A DNA stretch of 64,000 bases from Sphagnum compactum. Its lineage: Eukaryota. The notes beneath the pieces are model-generated. The model searched no databases. It saw nothing but the letters and a program-made list of their open reading frames with translations, and was not told the DNA's origin. The position numbers and the translations under genes were made by a program. The stretch lies in NCBI GenBank assembly GCA_965153455.1, contig OZ234493.1:14932213-14996212 (forward strand), read 5' to 3'. This document shows positions 11,710 through 24,688 of this stretch, in pieces (position 1 is the stretch's first letter; each line of letters starts with the position of its first letter).

Positions 11710-12810
11710 CAAGAAATGGAAGAATTCAACTCCACATATATGTTATTATATTAGAACTGTGACAAGGAAAATGGAAGAATGGAACTACCTATATGCTATT
11801 ATATTAGAACTGTGACCAAGAAAATGGAAGAATGGAACTCCAATTATATGTTATAATATTAGAACTGTTGCTCCACCGTACCAATTATATGCTATTATAT
11901 TAGAACTGCTGCCAAGAAAATAGAAGTATGGAACTACAGGTATATGCTATTATATTAGAACTGCTGCCAAGACAATGGAAGAATGGAACAATTATACGTT
12001 ATTATACTAAAACTGTTGCCAAGACAATGGAAGAATGGAACAATTATACGTTATTATACTAAAACTGTTGCCAAGACAATGGAAGAATGGAACAATCTTA
12101 TATATAAAGTCACTACGTCCGTCCGTGACGGAGCTCGGGTTTGACGCGGACCGGGCCCGGCGCGCGCCTCGAGGTCCTGAAACCCAGGTCTTGAGAAAAA
12201 AAAAGAGAAGAGTAGCAGTCCCAAGTGAGAAGAACAACAAGAGGAACCAACCAGGAGAAAAGTAATAATAGCAGTATGAGAAAAATCGGGTTTCACGCCG
12301 ACCGGGCCCGGCAAGTCCGGTCGACCGGGCCCGGGTGCGTTGTCTGTCTGTCCGTCGAGGTCCTGAAAGTCGAGGTCCTGTCCGTCCGTCGAGGTCCTGA
12401 AACCCAGATCGGGACCCGCCTGTCCGTCCGTCTGGTCGAGGTCCTGAAACCTGCCTGGCTCCTCTTTTCCGGGTTTTCGTGAAACCCGGCAGTTCTGTGC
12501 ACGAAAACCCGGCAGTTCTGTGATTATGTGGATGAAATATTATACGTTCTTAGTTCCGTGCAATGAGCTCAGAGTTCTGGATGGGTGGTTATGAGGATGA
12601 GATATGATGTATATTATACGTTCTTAGTTCCGTCCAATTAGGAGGAAATATTAAAGATTTTGTAGTTTTGTCCACTTAGAGTTTTCGATGGATTGATTAT
12701 GTGGTGAGTATGGGGACTCCCAGTGCCGTGTCGTGCCTTGCAGGCACGGGAGCCCACTAGTTATACGTTATTATACTAAAACTGTTGCCAAGAAAATGGA
12801 AGAATGGAAA
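11710..12810 (+). repeat. 52-55-bp tandem array (~8 units), interrupted by a Helitron
   Basis: The unit ~aagaaaatggaagaatggaac..tatatgttattatattagaactgttgcc recurs at spacings of 53, 55, 41, 55, 52 and 52 bp. The last unit resumes at 12761. Confidence 0.9.
12096..12760 (+). mobile_element. Non-autonomous Helitron, 665 bp (family A)
   Basis: It starts TCTTATATATAAAG and ends with a GC-rich hairpin (cgtgcct-tgc-aggcacg) followed by CTAG. It sits between A and T with no TSD. Removing it restores the array unit ggaacaa|ttatacgttattatactaaaactg exactly. Confidence 0.9.
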
Positions 12811-13049
12811 AGCAGAGTCCGTTTGTCCAATTCATGTCCTTCTTTGCAACTCCTTGATTTTGTTTTATTCCTCTAGCGCCGCCCCTTCCCCCGGCGCCCC
12901 CGCCTCCCTCACATTATATGGAATCTGCATATTTTAAAATGAAAACATAGAAAAATATACATTAGATGCATAAGTTGTTAATTATTAAAATAAATAAACT
13001 TCCACTTTTTGCCAAGACTTGGGTCCTCCCTTCTTGTACCTTTTCTCCA

Positions 13050-13313
13050 CCTTTTTGGGGTGCTTTGGTTTATTAACCATTGCCCAGTTTTCATGAACCA
13101 ACATCGTTTCTAGTGCCCCTTTTTTGGGTGCTTTGTTCTATTGACTATTGCCAGGTTTCCATGAACCAATATCATTTCTAGTGCCCCTTTTTGGGTGCTT
13201 TGTTTTATTGGTGATTGTCAGTTTCTCATGAACCAATATCATTTCTAATGCCCCTTTTTGGGTGCTTTGTTTTATTGACAATTGCCAGGTTCTCATGAAT
13301 CAATATCATTTCT
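13050..13313 (+). repeat. 67-bp tandem repeat, ~4 copies
   Basis: Unit ~ccttttttgggtgctttgttttattgactattgccaggtttcatgaaccaatatcatttctagtgc, at spacings of 68, 67 and 67 bp. Confidence 0.9.
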
Positions 13314-14204
13314 ATTGCAAGATGTGATGAAAGAAACCAACACAACCTTGGCAAAACAATGATGGGGGAGGATGAAGATAAACTCAAGGTACAAAAAATG
13401 GAAGGATGAAAGGATATATCATGAGTACTTTCAAATTCTTGCATTTCAAGTATTCTTTCTTGCATGTGAACAACTCAATGCCATGTTAAAATAACCCCCA
13501 TCAATACATTTTTTAATCAATCTCTAATGTGTTTTCGTCACAAAGGTAATTTATAAATTTTCATCATTTTACTTTCCACGCAAAGAGAGAGTCAAATATA
13601 GCCAAAAAAAAAACCTCGTAGCCCTTAGGGAGAATGGACCTTTAGGGCTACTAGTTGGCTCCTGCTTGTTTCTCCAGTATAGGGAATTTTGTGTAAGGTA
13701 AGCCCAAGGTTGTGGGCTTTATTGAAATAATGGCCCCTGCGTAGTGAAGTTGAGTGTGAGCTCTATTTTGCTTAGGGTGTAAGCAAGGGTTTTTATTGAG
13801 TGGTAAAGACTTGGGTGTGTTTATATTTTAATCTTTTTTTTCTCATGATACTGATCAAATACCCATTGGGTATCCATAGGGAATTTTTTTGAAGGAGGGC
13901 AAATGCTTCAAAAAACAAAACACTTGCAACGGTGGGCATCACATTTTTTGAAGCATGGAAGAAGGATTATGGGCTACAATGTGCTCTCCAATTACACTTT
14001 GAAAATCTACCCAGGTCTTTACGTGTAAGATAATGTTCTCCTCATGCTTTATGATGGGTAAAGCTCATGGGTGGGGTACAATCTCAAAATGAGGGTCATT
14101 GGGTTACCACCTTGCCCTAGGCCCCTTATTTTTGAAACTTATACCCCCACCCTAGGTCTTTACCTTACACATAACAAATAGGGGCATGAAATTAAGGTTT
14201 GGAG

Positions 14205-15028
14205 CAATGTTTGACGATTCTCACAAGGGGACTCAGTTTTCATCTCAATTTTCAATCTGGCTTTTAGATTGAAAATCATCATATATCGCATTTGGTTCTC
14301 CCAAGAATAAGAACTGGTTTTCATAAGAACCAGTCTCAATGATTATTTTTAAAAAAATTGAGACCCGGATTCCTTTATGGGCTGACCCGAGTCCAATTCT
14401 CAGCCCAATAGGTAATTAATGAGATTAGGTAAAGTATGAGATTTTTAAAACTAGTGAAAAAAGTACAATGGACTTAAATGGAGCTCAATGTGATCTCAAA
14501 CTCTAAAATTCATCATGTTGTCTTTTCTTGATCATCTTCAATTAATCAATACCATTCACTAATGATGTTGATTGTACTACAATTATAAATATTTTTGAAC
14601 TACATGCGTTAAATCTTAAGTTTTAACATTTTATATTTTTATTTTTTTAATTCATTATTTTACAACAATGAGCTTAGAACGTGAAAAGTGGTTAAAGGAT
14701 GAAAAAAAGGGCCCCAACCAAAGTCAAAGCATAATCACTTTATGAAAACTCCAGTAAATAGATTTATTTTTTTAATTTCTTATTTTTAATGATTTTTAAA
14801 AATTAAAAATCGAATTTGTGAGAACCGATTTTGAAAACTGACTATTCTCAAATGAGTGAAAATCAAGTACCGTGAGAATCAAATTATAATATATATTTAA
14901 AAACATTGAGAATGGGGTTGATTCTCTCCAACACTAATTTTATTTTAAAATCAAGAATCAACCCCATTCTCACATAGAAGCATCAAAAACTGGTTCTCAA
15001 AAAAAAAAGTGAGAACCTCCCAACACTG
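14205..15028. mobile_element. MITE-like element with CA(A/G)TGTT...AACACTG ends
   Basis: Left end caatgtttgacgattctcac versus reverse complement of the right end cagtgttgggaggttctcac, with many internal gagaacc/ggttctc motifs. No clear TSD. Confidence 0.45.
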
Positions 15029-16701
15029 GAGTGGCAAATTCAATGATTTTTAATCATGTTCAACAAGAACATTGTGACTATTAGGTTCATCATTGGAATA
15101 TAACATGGTCATGAAAATGACATAATCTACCATCATATATACCTTAATTGATTTAAACATCACCTTCAACAATTGTGATTGAAACACAATAAAGATCCAC
15201 ACAAATGCAATATGAGCAGCTTAAACATGTTTAGATCACAAGGCATATGAGGGGAGGGTTCTTACATCTACTTCTTAAGACTGGGAGGAATAGATTAAAC
15301 CTACAAGTAGGCACAATTTCCTTTCCATTCTTGAGGAGTAGTTGTAATATCTCTCCTCTCTTCTAGGATGGATATTCATGGATATGCATACCTATGTACT
15401 AAGAATTTTTTTTGTAAATGCTTTAAGATGGGTGAATTGCCTAGCTCACCTAAATGGCCTCACTAGTGGCTGAACCAACATAATCTGTCATTCCGAGGTT
15501 CTTGACCCCATGGCTTAATGTGAATGGTCCTCCACAGACTATTCACTGAACATAAACTTCCAACTGATTTTTTTGCTGTTCTAACCGGCTTTTCTATTTA
15601 TGAACCATGTAATCATCATGTGAATGGATGAAACTATTACATAACCTTCAAGTGAATGGATGAAACAATACATCATGTACGAAAACATTGGATATACATA
15701 TAGTTGCAGAATATGAGTAGTCAGTCAGTCATCTATTTACATGACAGTTACAATTTTGATAGGTAGGTCTTGAACCTCTATGGTAGATTCTGCTTGGTAA
15801 TGAGCTCGAAGTTTGGTAGCTCAGCTATTTTCCTTAACTCATGACCTCCAAGCGATTATCTAGTCCATAATGGGCAGGTGCTTGACCATTCCATAGTACA
15901 TTATGCTTTGAATTGGCCTGCCCACATGGGTGTGTTGGTATCGTATTATTTTATCCAGTCAGAAACAAGGGTTGCTTCTTTTGAATCAGTCAATTGTCGA
16001 ACCAACCCTACCTACCCAAGTATGTTTAGGGTTTCAAAACAATTGCTGCCATAGTGACAAATTATTCAAAGGAAGATGTAGAACAAGTGCCCATCATCCA
16101 TCATCCGCATAAAGATTTACCAAAATCTAGCTACAATTCAAATATGACATACAAATCTTTAATCATCTTTCTATCTTTTTGGCTATGGACTGAAAACCAG
16201 ATATAAAAACCTGAAATATTATACTTGAAACCCTAAAATTTCACTTCATTTTCAATTTCTTTATTTTTTTAAAAATTCACCATAAAAAAGGCAAAAACAA
16301 GGTGCCCTGAAGCAGCACACCCACTAGCATAATTGATTCAAGCTTTAATAGCAGGTGTCAAACCTGTGACGATGTCATTTTAATGATTTCAGACCCGAAC
16401 CCCATGTAAGATCACTTGGGCCCAATTCTAAGTTCTTAACCAATAGAATTGCTCTATTCCGTTTTCAAATTGGACCTGGGCCCTCATGTAAACCGGGGCC
16501 TCATTCTCACATTGGAGGGAAAAACAAAACGGGAACACTGAAAAGGTCCCCCAAGTGCTTGAGTTTGTTGTAAACATTATTGGAACTGCAACATGGCGGT
16601 CGGTCTATAGTCGCAATTCCAACAGTGGGAAACAAACAACAGCAGCAACAACTCCTCCCCATTACGCGAGCAGAATCGACCAAAGGTACTTGCAGAGAGG
16701 G

Positions 16702-19700
16702 ATGTCGAAGGGTTTAGGGTTTAGGGGCACCAAAAGACGAAGAAGAAGAGAGGAGAGTGATGATGCCAACTGTGAGCTCTGGAATGTGTGTATTCCTGAC
16801 GCTGCTGATGGCAAAAGAAAGCGTGAATGGGATTTTGGAGGGAAAGGATTCCACAATGAGCCAGCTGCTACTGCTACCAGGAGGCCACAAGCTGAGATGC
16901 AGGAGCTGCTGCTTCCCATTCTGCCCAGCAACGCAGATCATGCTAATGGGAAGAAGAAGCAGCAGGAGGTCTTTAGTAGTGGGATTGACATCACCCCACT
17001 AGAGTCCCTTAGCTCACAGGAAGAGGAAATGGAGGCCATGTCCCAGGAGCCCCAAACCATTGATCTGAGCAGGTGAGAATTCATGGGGATGAATGGGTCT
17101 GGATTTAGGGTTTGGTCTGGGGCAATTGTAATTCCCTTCTACTGTTCTGGCTGATCAGATCTAGATTCTCTCCGGCGGGGACCTGCTGGATGTTGGGTTA
17201 TTGGATTTAGCATGAGATGCTTAGTGTGGTGGCTCCTCTCTGGCTTGAAGGTTGATGATGAGGAGTACTTCATTGTGTATGGGAAGGCTGAGAGCCTCTG
17301 GCGAGCTCTACTTTTCTTAGAATTTTATTAAGGGAAAAGGGGATTGCTTCTGTGCATGGAAGCAATGAGAGTTTGAGCCCTGAACTGACTGGCAAGGAAT
17401 TAGGTCAGATAATCATGAAGATTCTGTGTTCACAATGCAGATTTGAATGGTGATGGTAGTTTTTTGCTCACTGGATAGTTACACAATAAAAAAATGGACA
17501 TTTGAGCGAGAAAGATCATGGTTTGAAGATCATAATCAGATTTACAGCAAACTCTTGCAGCCAGTAGGCTGTTGAATATTTCATGGAATGGAACGTGGTC
17601 ATTGATTGTTCTGTATGATGGGATAGCAGTTGCAGCGATAGTGATGATTATGGGAGTGACGATTATGGTATCACCAAAAAGACTCAAGGAAATCATGCAG
17701 AGATGCAAAGCTTAGATGCAGAGAACACTGTACTTTTCAGGAATGTGTTGGATGTCATTGAAGGTGAAATTTTCTGTCATTCACATCCATCCATGGTACT
17801 AGGGTTTCTGTATTTAGAATGAAGAGTAGTTTTGCACTCTGATGTAAGTAGGAGAGATCTTGGCAGATCTGTATTAGAGCTTTATGGAGATGCAACAAAT
17901 GAAGAGGAGCTAGAAACAAGAGGTGTTTCATGTTTTTGGTGTGGTGTGTATGTACAGAAGGTGGTGATTTGAAGAAACTGAAAGTTGATGATTTGAAGAC
18001 GTATTTGCGATACTATGGCTTGCGCATGATTGGCAATAAGGCCACTCTTATTGAGCGCATTCAGGAGCATTTGGTGTGAGTTATAGCAAGAACCATTGAT
18101 GTTATAAAGAGTTCTTTGTGACCCAGAGAGAGATGTGAGATTCCTGCAGGCAATTCTCTTCTCTCCTCATGGCATCTGCAGTTGATTGTTTGTTTATCAG
18201 AAGGGCTGTTGTGCTAGTACGATACATGTATATGAACTGCTTTTTGTCTCAAGTTGCAATAAAAGCTGAGACCCACATCAGTCAATCTTGTTTCACATAT
18301 AGTGTTCTCTGAAATGTGTCATGTGTTTTGTTGGAAACTAGAGTGAAAGATGGAGGTGGTGAAGCCAAGTATAGAAGGTCAACGTTCAGCCTCAATTGCA
18401 CAGGTAACCTCCTTCAGGTGCAGTATGTCTTGGCTCCATTACATGTGGAAACCCAATTCTGAGCTCTTGGAAAATCTTTGTCAGGTGATGTTGTTCAGGG
18501 TGATGTTGTCCTATTCCAGCAAAAGGTGTATCACTCGTAAGTTCAACCATCTTGCAATTGGTGACTTACTGCAGCATGCTCTGTGAGATTTGCTCATAGC
18601 AATGTTATCAGCATTTTCAGCCTATGCACTCTTTTCAAGTGCTGAAGCCTGGATACTGATCACAATCCAAGCTCTATGTCTATCTGCTGGAAAATTTCTG
18701 CCCACTATTTGTATTCACCTTATGGTAGTTCAGATCTCTCTAGGCTTTTGTAGTGAAGGTTATGTTTGTCGTGTTATGTTGAGACACTAAAAATACCCAG
18801 ACAACCCTTTGTTTGGGCGGTACAGATATGATTTCGTCTCCAGGTCTGCTGCTGGTCCACCATTGGGAAAACGCATGGTGGCTGGTCGTGTTGTGAGTGA
18901 CAGCTATGGTGCTACGAAGCAACAGCACACTTTCACAGTAAGCTCTGCAGTTTATGTGTAAACCTATCATCAGATCTGTTGTTTCAAAAGCATCACTGAA
19001 GTCAAATTCATGGATGCAGATTGAGGTTTTATGGAGCACAGGTGTACAGCCCTTACCTGCTATGTACCCACTTCAGATAAAGGGTCGAAACCTGTATCGG
19101 CTCCGCACATATCGACAGGTATTGAGTCCTCACTATTTGCACTTGCTGCATGGCTTGATGCTCAGGAAAGACTATGTTTAATTAGGGGTTTCCTACTGTG
19201 AACTCTTGCTTGTTCCTGTCTGCCCTTTTGAGAGAATGTTGTTAAAGAGGTACTTAGTTTTGACAATGGACTGCAGCCATGGCGCAATGAAGAAGACAGA
19301 CAATCAGCTCTTGTTGAGAAGCATGGTCGAGGAGTAGCTGCCCGCAACATCCGGGCTGCTGCTAAAGCTCAGCGTTCTCACTTACGGTCCAAGGGTTGTT
19401 GCCTCATCTAGAAAACTTATTCTCCTTTTGTCATTGCCAATTATGTTGGGTCTGATTCTAGAAGACACCCTAGACACTCTATCTGCTTCCAGAAACGTCA
19501 GTATCAGATTGCTCAAGAGATTCCAAATTTTTGCTGGCTTCCATGTTTTGACATTTGTGAAAATCAGACCTAGACAGCAGAGGACAACTTTGGATGGCAT
19601 AAAATCTTGAACATGCAAGGTCGAAAGCTGTGTAACTACCCTGCTTTAAATTCTCTACAATGGACCAATTTTTTTGGTGTCCCACTGCAGAAACTGCCCC

Positions 19701-20253
19701 GCAGGAAGCAGAACATATGCGTGTGACCAGAGGACAAGTGCAAAGAAGCTTTACAAGAACCTCTGAAAACACAGTGGCTGGTTTGCATTCAGTTGCAGGA
19801 CACCACTTTGCAGAAAAGCGACATTGTTATGTTCCTGAGGTTGCTCCTCCCTCAACATCATCATCATGGTCACACAATCCACCAAAGTCACCAATCTCAA
19901 AATTAAGGGGTCACTCTGCTCAAGTGACCAACTCTTTTGGAACAAATATACGACATTACCATCATCAACATGGACAGCAAGTGCAGAGACATCATCAGGA
20001 TTTGCCTGAGGAGTTCTTCATGGATCTTGTGACTCAGCCATTTCCTCCTTGCAGCCGTCATCCATCATTGCAACAAGTCAGGAGCCAGAAGTTGCTTGAA
20101 AGGCCATCCCAGCTACAATCTGTGATACCACATAGAGCATTTCTATGCAGTACTCTTGGATGCAAGAATGCTGGTGCCAAGGCTTGTATCCAGAAGTCCT
20201 GCCATATGTGTTGTCAAAAGTCCGGATTGGCTTGTTCACGGCACCAAATCTAG
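16702..20253 (+). CDS. 458-aa protein with the conserved domain of plant SAP-domain/C3H62-type proteins and a C-terminal SHI/LRP1-like zinc finger; join(16702-17072,18342-18403,18485-18536,18826-18937,19020-19118,19277-19394,19691-20253)
   Basis: GT-AG exons with compatible phases give FSLNCTGDVVQGDVVLFQQKVY..RMVAGRVVSDSYGATKQQHTFTIEVLWSTGVQPLPAMYPLQIKGRNLYRLRTYRQPWRNEEDRQSALVEKHGRG. This matches the recalled family motif CTGD..GDVVLF..AGRIVKESYG..KQQHTFTIEVLWS..IKGRNLYR. There is a basic NLS-like KRRRRR at the N-terminus. The exon-6 donor (19395) is weak and was inferred from frame. Confidence 0.82.
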
Positions 20254-20634
20254 TAAGGTATAGCTGGTTCATATCCTGTTGATCAATTATCTTTTGTGTG
20301 TGGTTGGACTTAGGTTTAAACTTGTTTCTGTTGTAGTTTATCCTGATTCTTGTGCACATCTAACAGGTTTACAGTTTGTCCACCCAATTTTGGATAGTTA
20401 TGCTTGATTTTGGTTTGTTTTGGGTTTAGCTTGTTTTGGGGTTCATAGTAAAGCAGTGCAACTTCTTTGACATTATAGTCAAGGAGTAGTGCCAGCAATT
20501 TGGGGGCCAGGATGTAGGAGCTGACAGCTAAAGTAAGTTGTGCCTCTATGTATCCCCCTGGTATTATTGCAAGTTGCACAAATTGTTTTGGGCAAGGGAT
20601 GCCACATTATCCCTTCCTTATGCAAGAGAATGAA

Positions 20635-20995
20635 GGCCAGAGTGAACCAGCGCCCCCCAGTGCACCATGAAGGATGGATGGTAAGTTCTCAGGATATAAT
20701 CTTCTGTTGGGTTCGGGTTCCCTAGCTAACTATGGTAGTTAGTTCAGTTGCTTTTTTCACCACCTATCACAAGCAGGTTGTTAGTAGGTAGGTAGTAAAA
20801 CCAGCCCTTTCCTATATATAATATATCTACTTAGTAGTCACCTATTTTCCTACCTATCTACCTATATATAGTACCTTCTTACAGAATGGGTTACCCAGGT
20901 GAAACAGATATTAACTCAGTTGAGTTTCATCCACAAGCGAGCCATAACAGGCATTCAATGGATGGTGTGCTGGTGGATGCTGGTTCATTCTGGCC
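20635..20995. mobile_element. Mutator-like MITE, 361 bp
   Basis: TIRs of ~34 bp: ggccagagtgaaccagcgccccccagtgcaccat versus reverse-complement ggccagaatgaaccagcatccaccagcacaccat. The 9-bp flanks gagaatgaa / gagaatgtc match at 7/9. Confidence 0.75.
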
Positions 20996-23868
20996 GAGAA
21001 TGTCATCTTATGGCCGGATTTAAAACCTAAAATGTTTATTTGCTTCTTTATGGTTGCATGTAGAATTTCAAACTTGTATTCATTTTCTTTACAGTCAGCA
21101 TGTAAAAATTGTGCTAGAAAAACATTGTGATATTAGAGGAGAATGGGACCTGTAAGCAATCTGGAGAATCTGGAATATTGCTTATTTGGTAAGAGGGATG
21201 TGCTAGTGTTATGGGATAGAGATTTGGGTTTGAAGAAGTTTGAACATTTGAACAAAAACTACTCAAATTACAGCCTCAGTAAACAAGCCCTTCATGATTG
21301 AGTGTTTCTGCAAAATGGCAGTTTCCAGTGTTAATATGCCTTAAACCTTACAAAAAGTCATTTTCCATGCTCATCTAGGTTGGTTTGGTAATTACAATCA
21401 GTTTTGCTGGATTTCCTACATTCACATGTTTTTCACATCTGCCTTCGAAATTTAATCTCTTGTGAATGTATTAGTAAAAACCATTGATTTTTGAAAGAAT
21501 GACCATGCATAGATATCAATACATATTCCCGTGCAAAAACAAGGAAATGGGTATTCTTTCAACTTTGATTTGCAAACAATCAAGATTCCAGATATTCAAA
21601 TTTAGGTTTTGTCCAACTCCATTTGTTTTGGGTATATAAATAATACTTAATCATTTTCTAATGTCAAAGAACATAGGTGACAATTATGTGTAGGGTACAG
21701 CCCCCCAGGGTGCAGGTGTACCCGCAATAGGTGTGGGGCCTAGAACAAGGTAATAGGTGAGTCTAGCCCCTCATTTCTAGAATGTGCCTCCACCAATGTG
21801 GATTACCCATTGTAAAGCACAATAATGTTGTCATGAACCTAAACCTAGGTAGTTCATGAGGCATAGGAGGGGGAGTGTTCCTACTCCATTAAAATTGAGA
21901 AGGATCCTAACCCTGTAATCCTTCCCACTTGTAAGGAGTAGAAACAATGTCCATATATTAATCAGTGTTATGTGTGTAAATGGTTTAGGATTTTCACTCA
22001 GGTAAGTGTAAAATCCCATGATGATTTTTATTTACACTACATGTAAATGTCTAATGTTCATCTTCATTCATGTAAGTGTAATCATACAACAACATGAGGC
22101 ATGTAAATGTAAGTTTCAAATCATGTAAATTTATCTCATGTTGTGTAAAACAATGTAAGTGTAAAAATAAAGACATTTATATGATTTTAGGCAGCCTTGT
22201 AAAATAGTGTAAGTGTAAAAAAAATTACATGTATGTGGTTTTACACCGCCGTGTAAAACAGTGTAAGTGTAAAACAATGTAAGAAAGAAGTAATTTCTAC
22301 TTGGGGAGGGGAAGATTTCATGATGTTTTTGTGTGACCAAATGGCCCATTGCAAACAAACAAACAAAAAAAAATCAAAACATTTGTGCTTTGGGATACAT
22401 GACAAATATTAAAATGATATGAATCATAATAAGTACAATAAATACCTAAGCTCTCGTAAAAGCTACAATAAGTAAGGTAGGGAAGCCGGTGTTGGAACAG
22501 TTAAGGTAGGGTTTGCTCGTTGTTTTTGCAAGAGGGCTCCATTGTTTATGGTGTCCAAAGAGTAGATGGAGCTTTCCTCTTGATGCATTTGTCCCATTAA
22601 AAATCGACAAAAATGGACTTGAGGCGAGAAAGTTACAAACCCCAAGTAAGGTGGGTTGTTTTTACAAAAAATTCTCAATCAAACAACTCATAGCCTATTT
22701 TCAAACCCTTCAAAAAAATCCTTAAATATTATTTTGTTGCCTTTAGAGTTACAAGATGATTTGTAAAGCTTAAGATGACAATTTTAGAGCAGTTTAAATC
22801 GCTCAATTTGAACAAAAAAGAAAGAGAAAGTTATGGACGAATGAAGCAGGAGGGGTCAAAATGAAAAAAAAAAAAACCATGTTTTGCAATTAAAAAAACA
22901 TATTTTCTTTCCTGCTTTTTTTGCGTGCTCCTTTGGCTTTGCATTCCAAAGATGATTTGTAGAGCTTGAGAAGGTGCTCCTATAACATTTTAAATCACTC
23001 AAAATGGAGAAGAATTGAGAAAGATCTGCCAAAATGTTCAGTGATAACCTAGTGTTCAATGATAAATGTATCTACCCTAGAGCTCAATAATAAAAGTTAT
23101 TATCAAATATTACTCACAAATATAATAGTAGTAACAAAAGTTGTACTCAAGCAATGAGGTGGGACAAAATGTGCATTCCAGGATATCTCTTTAAATAACA
23201 CCACCATAGTCCCATATTGATCAAAAATGCTAATGTTTGGGGAGTATCAAAATATCATGATTTTTTGTAAAGGACCAATCAAAGTGGCCCATTGCAAAAA
23301 AAAAAAAAAAAAAACTTGAGCTTTGAAAAGCACCCACAACTAATTAATATGGATTTCTAAGAAGGTACGATTATTACTAGTATCCAATGCATACAAGTAC
23401 ACACCCCAAAACATTTACACAGGACTATCTAAGTATGTAAGTGTAAAACGTTCATATGTGTGTGTGTAAATCATTCATTTACACACTCACGAGATTTACA
23501 TGCCATATATATATATGGCTATTGACTCTTTCACACACAACATTGGTATGTTATTTCTTTTTAAATATCAGATGTCTTGGAAGAGACTTTGGTTCTTAGG
23601 TCCACTTTAGACTAGGAGTCAGGGCTGAAAAAACTTAGGCCAATTTTGAGCATTTTTGGCTTGATGTCTGGCCCCAACTCACTAATAAATGCTAAAACAT
23701 GGACATCGTGATATTAATAAATGTGTGAAAATTGGCCCAAAGGGTTTGCAAATTGGCTGCCCAAATTGGTTGGTATCCTTTGTTTTAGCCTTGGAGCCAA
23801 TACAAGGTTGTAAAGTTCAACATTTATTAGTAAATTGAGGCAGATTGAAAAGATTTTTTCTAGTTCAG

Positions 23869-24051
23869 CCTTGACTCCTAGTGTAAAGCCCTTGGGGCTC
23901 ATTTCAACTTTTGCATCAATAGGAATGTTTTGATTTGAGTTGAACCTTGCCCTTGACTCCTAGTGTAAAGCCCTTGGGGCTCATTTCAACTTTTGCATCA
24001 ATAGGAATGTTTTGATTTGAGTTGAACCTTGCCCTTGACTCCTTGTGTAAA
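23869..24051 (+). repeat. 82-bp near-perfect tandem duplication (2.2 copies)
   Basis: ccttgactcc.. starts at 23869, 23951 and 24033. Confidence 0.92.
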
Positions 24052-24660
24052 GTGTGCCTTACTCTTCACATTGCGGATCCAACTTTTTTTTAATTTGGAA
24101 ACACCCCACCCCCCCCTCCCCCCCTTCCTTCCTTCCTTCCTTCTAGTTCAAGGATATGTTTTTAAGTTTTAATTTAATAAAACCTCCAGTTTGGTTCCAA
24201 AGCTGGTTCTTTATTCAAGACTCCCAATTCTTCCCGAAATTTTTTTTCCTTAGATTTGGTCCCAAATCTAGATCGGATATGGTTTGGTTCTAGTTACATA
24301 TTCACTAGTACTAGCATTGTACAACCAATAAAAAGTTACCACCTATATCAACTACATGCCCCCACCCCCTCAAAACTTGCATACCTACTTAAGACATGTT
24401 CCAAAAGTAACAACTACTTGCCTCATGCCACCTCTCCCCCCCCCCATCCAACCCCCAAAATTATTATTCAAAAAAGTGTCCACCTGAATTGTGTTCTCCA
24501 ACTAACAACAGGTCTAACCCAAGTTAGAACAAATTTTTAAAAAATAAAATTTTAACTTTTTAGAAATTGAAGAATCAGAACTTTTGTATAAAAACTGGTT
24601 TTGGGGCTCCCCTTCTCTCTAATTTTGAGACAGGTTCCAAGTTTGATTCCCAGTTCTGGA

Positions 24661-24688
24661 ACCCTAAACCCTAAACCCTAAACCTAAA
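24661..24688 (-). repeat. Short interstitial plant telomere repeat (TTTAGGG)~4
   Basis: accctaaaccctaaaccctaaacctaaa. Shorter doublets occur at ~16710, 40258, 57325 and 58416. Confidence 0.75.

Larger units (their letters stand above)
11614..12914. mobile_element. Foldback/MITE-like element with ~80-bp terminal inverted repeats enclosing a tandem array
   Basis: 11620-11697 (gcgcttggaggaataaaacaaaatcaaagagttgcgaagaagcacatgaa..gactctgctctttcca) is the inverted counterpart of ~12806-12880 (tggaaaagcagagtcc..ttcatgtccttctttgcaactccttgattttgttttattcctctagcgc). The outer TA-ATGTG...CACAT-TA suggests a possible TA target site. Outer boundaries are less certain. Confidence 0.6.

Noticed and set aside
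11710..12100. CRISPR-like appearance of regularly spaced repeats (also 42835-43445 and 50527-50674)
   Set aside because: The units are contiguous with no unique spacers and the DNA is eukaryotic. These are tandem arrays.
12007..12502. Overlapping ORFs on both strands
   Set aside because: They arise from GC-rich internal repeats of the non-autonomous Helitron and show no Rep/helicase motifs.
16555..16701. N-terminal extension of the track ORF 16555-17076
   Set aside because: It starts at GTG. The first in-frame ATG is 16702.
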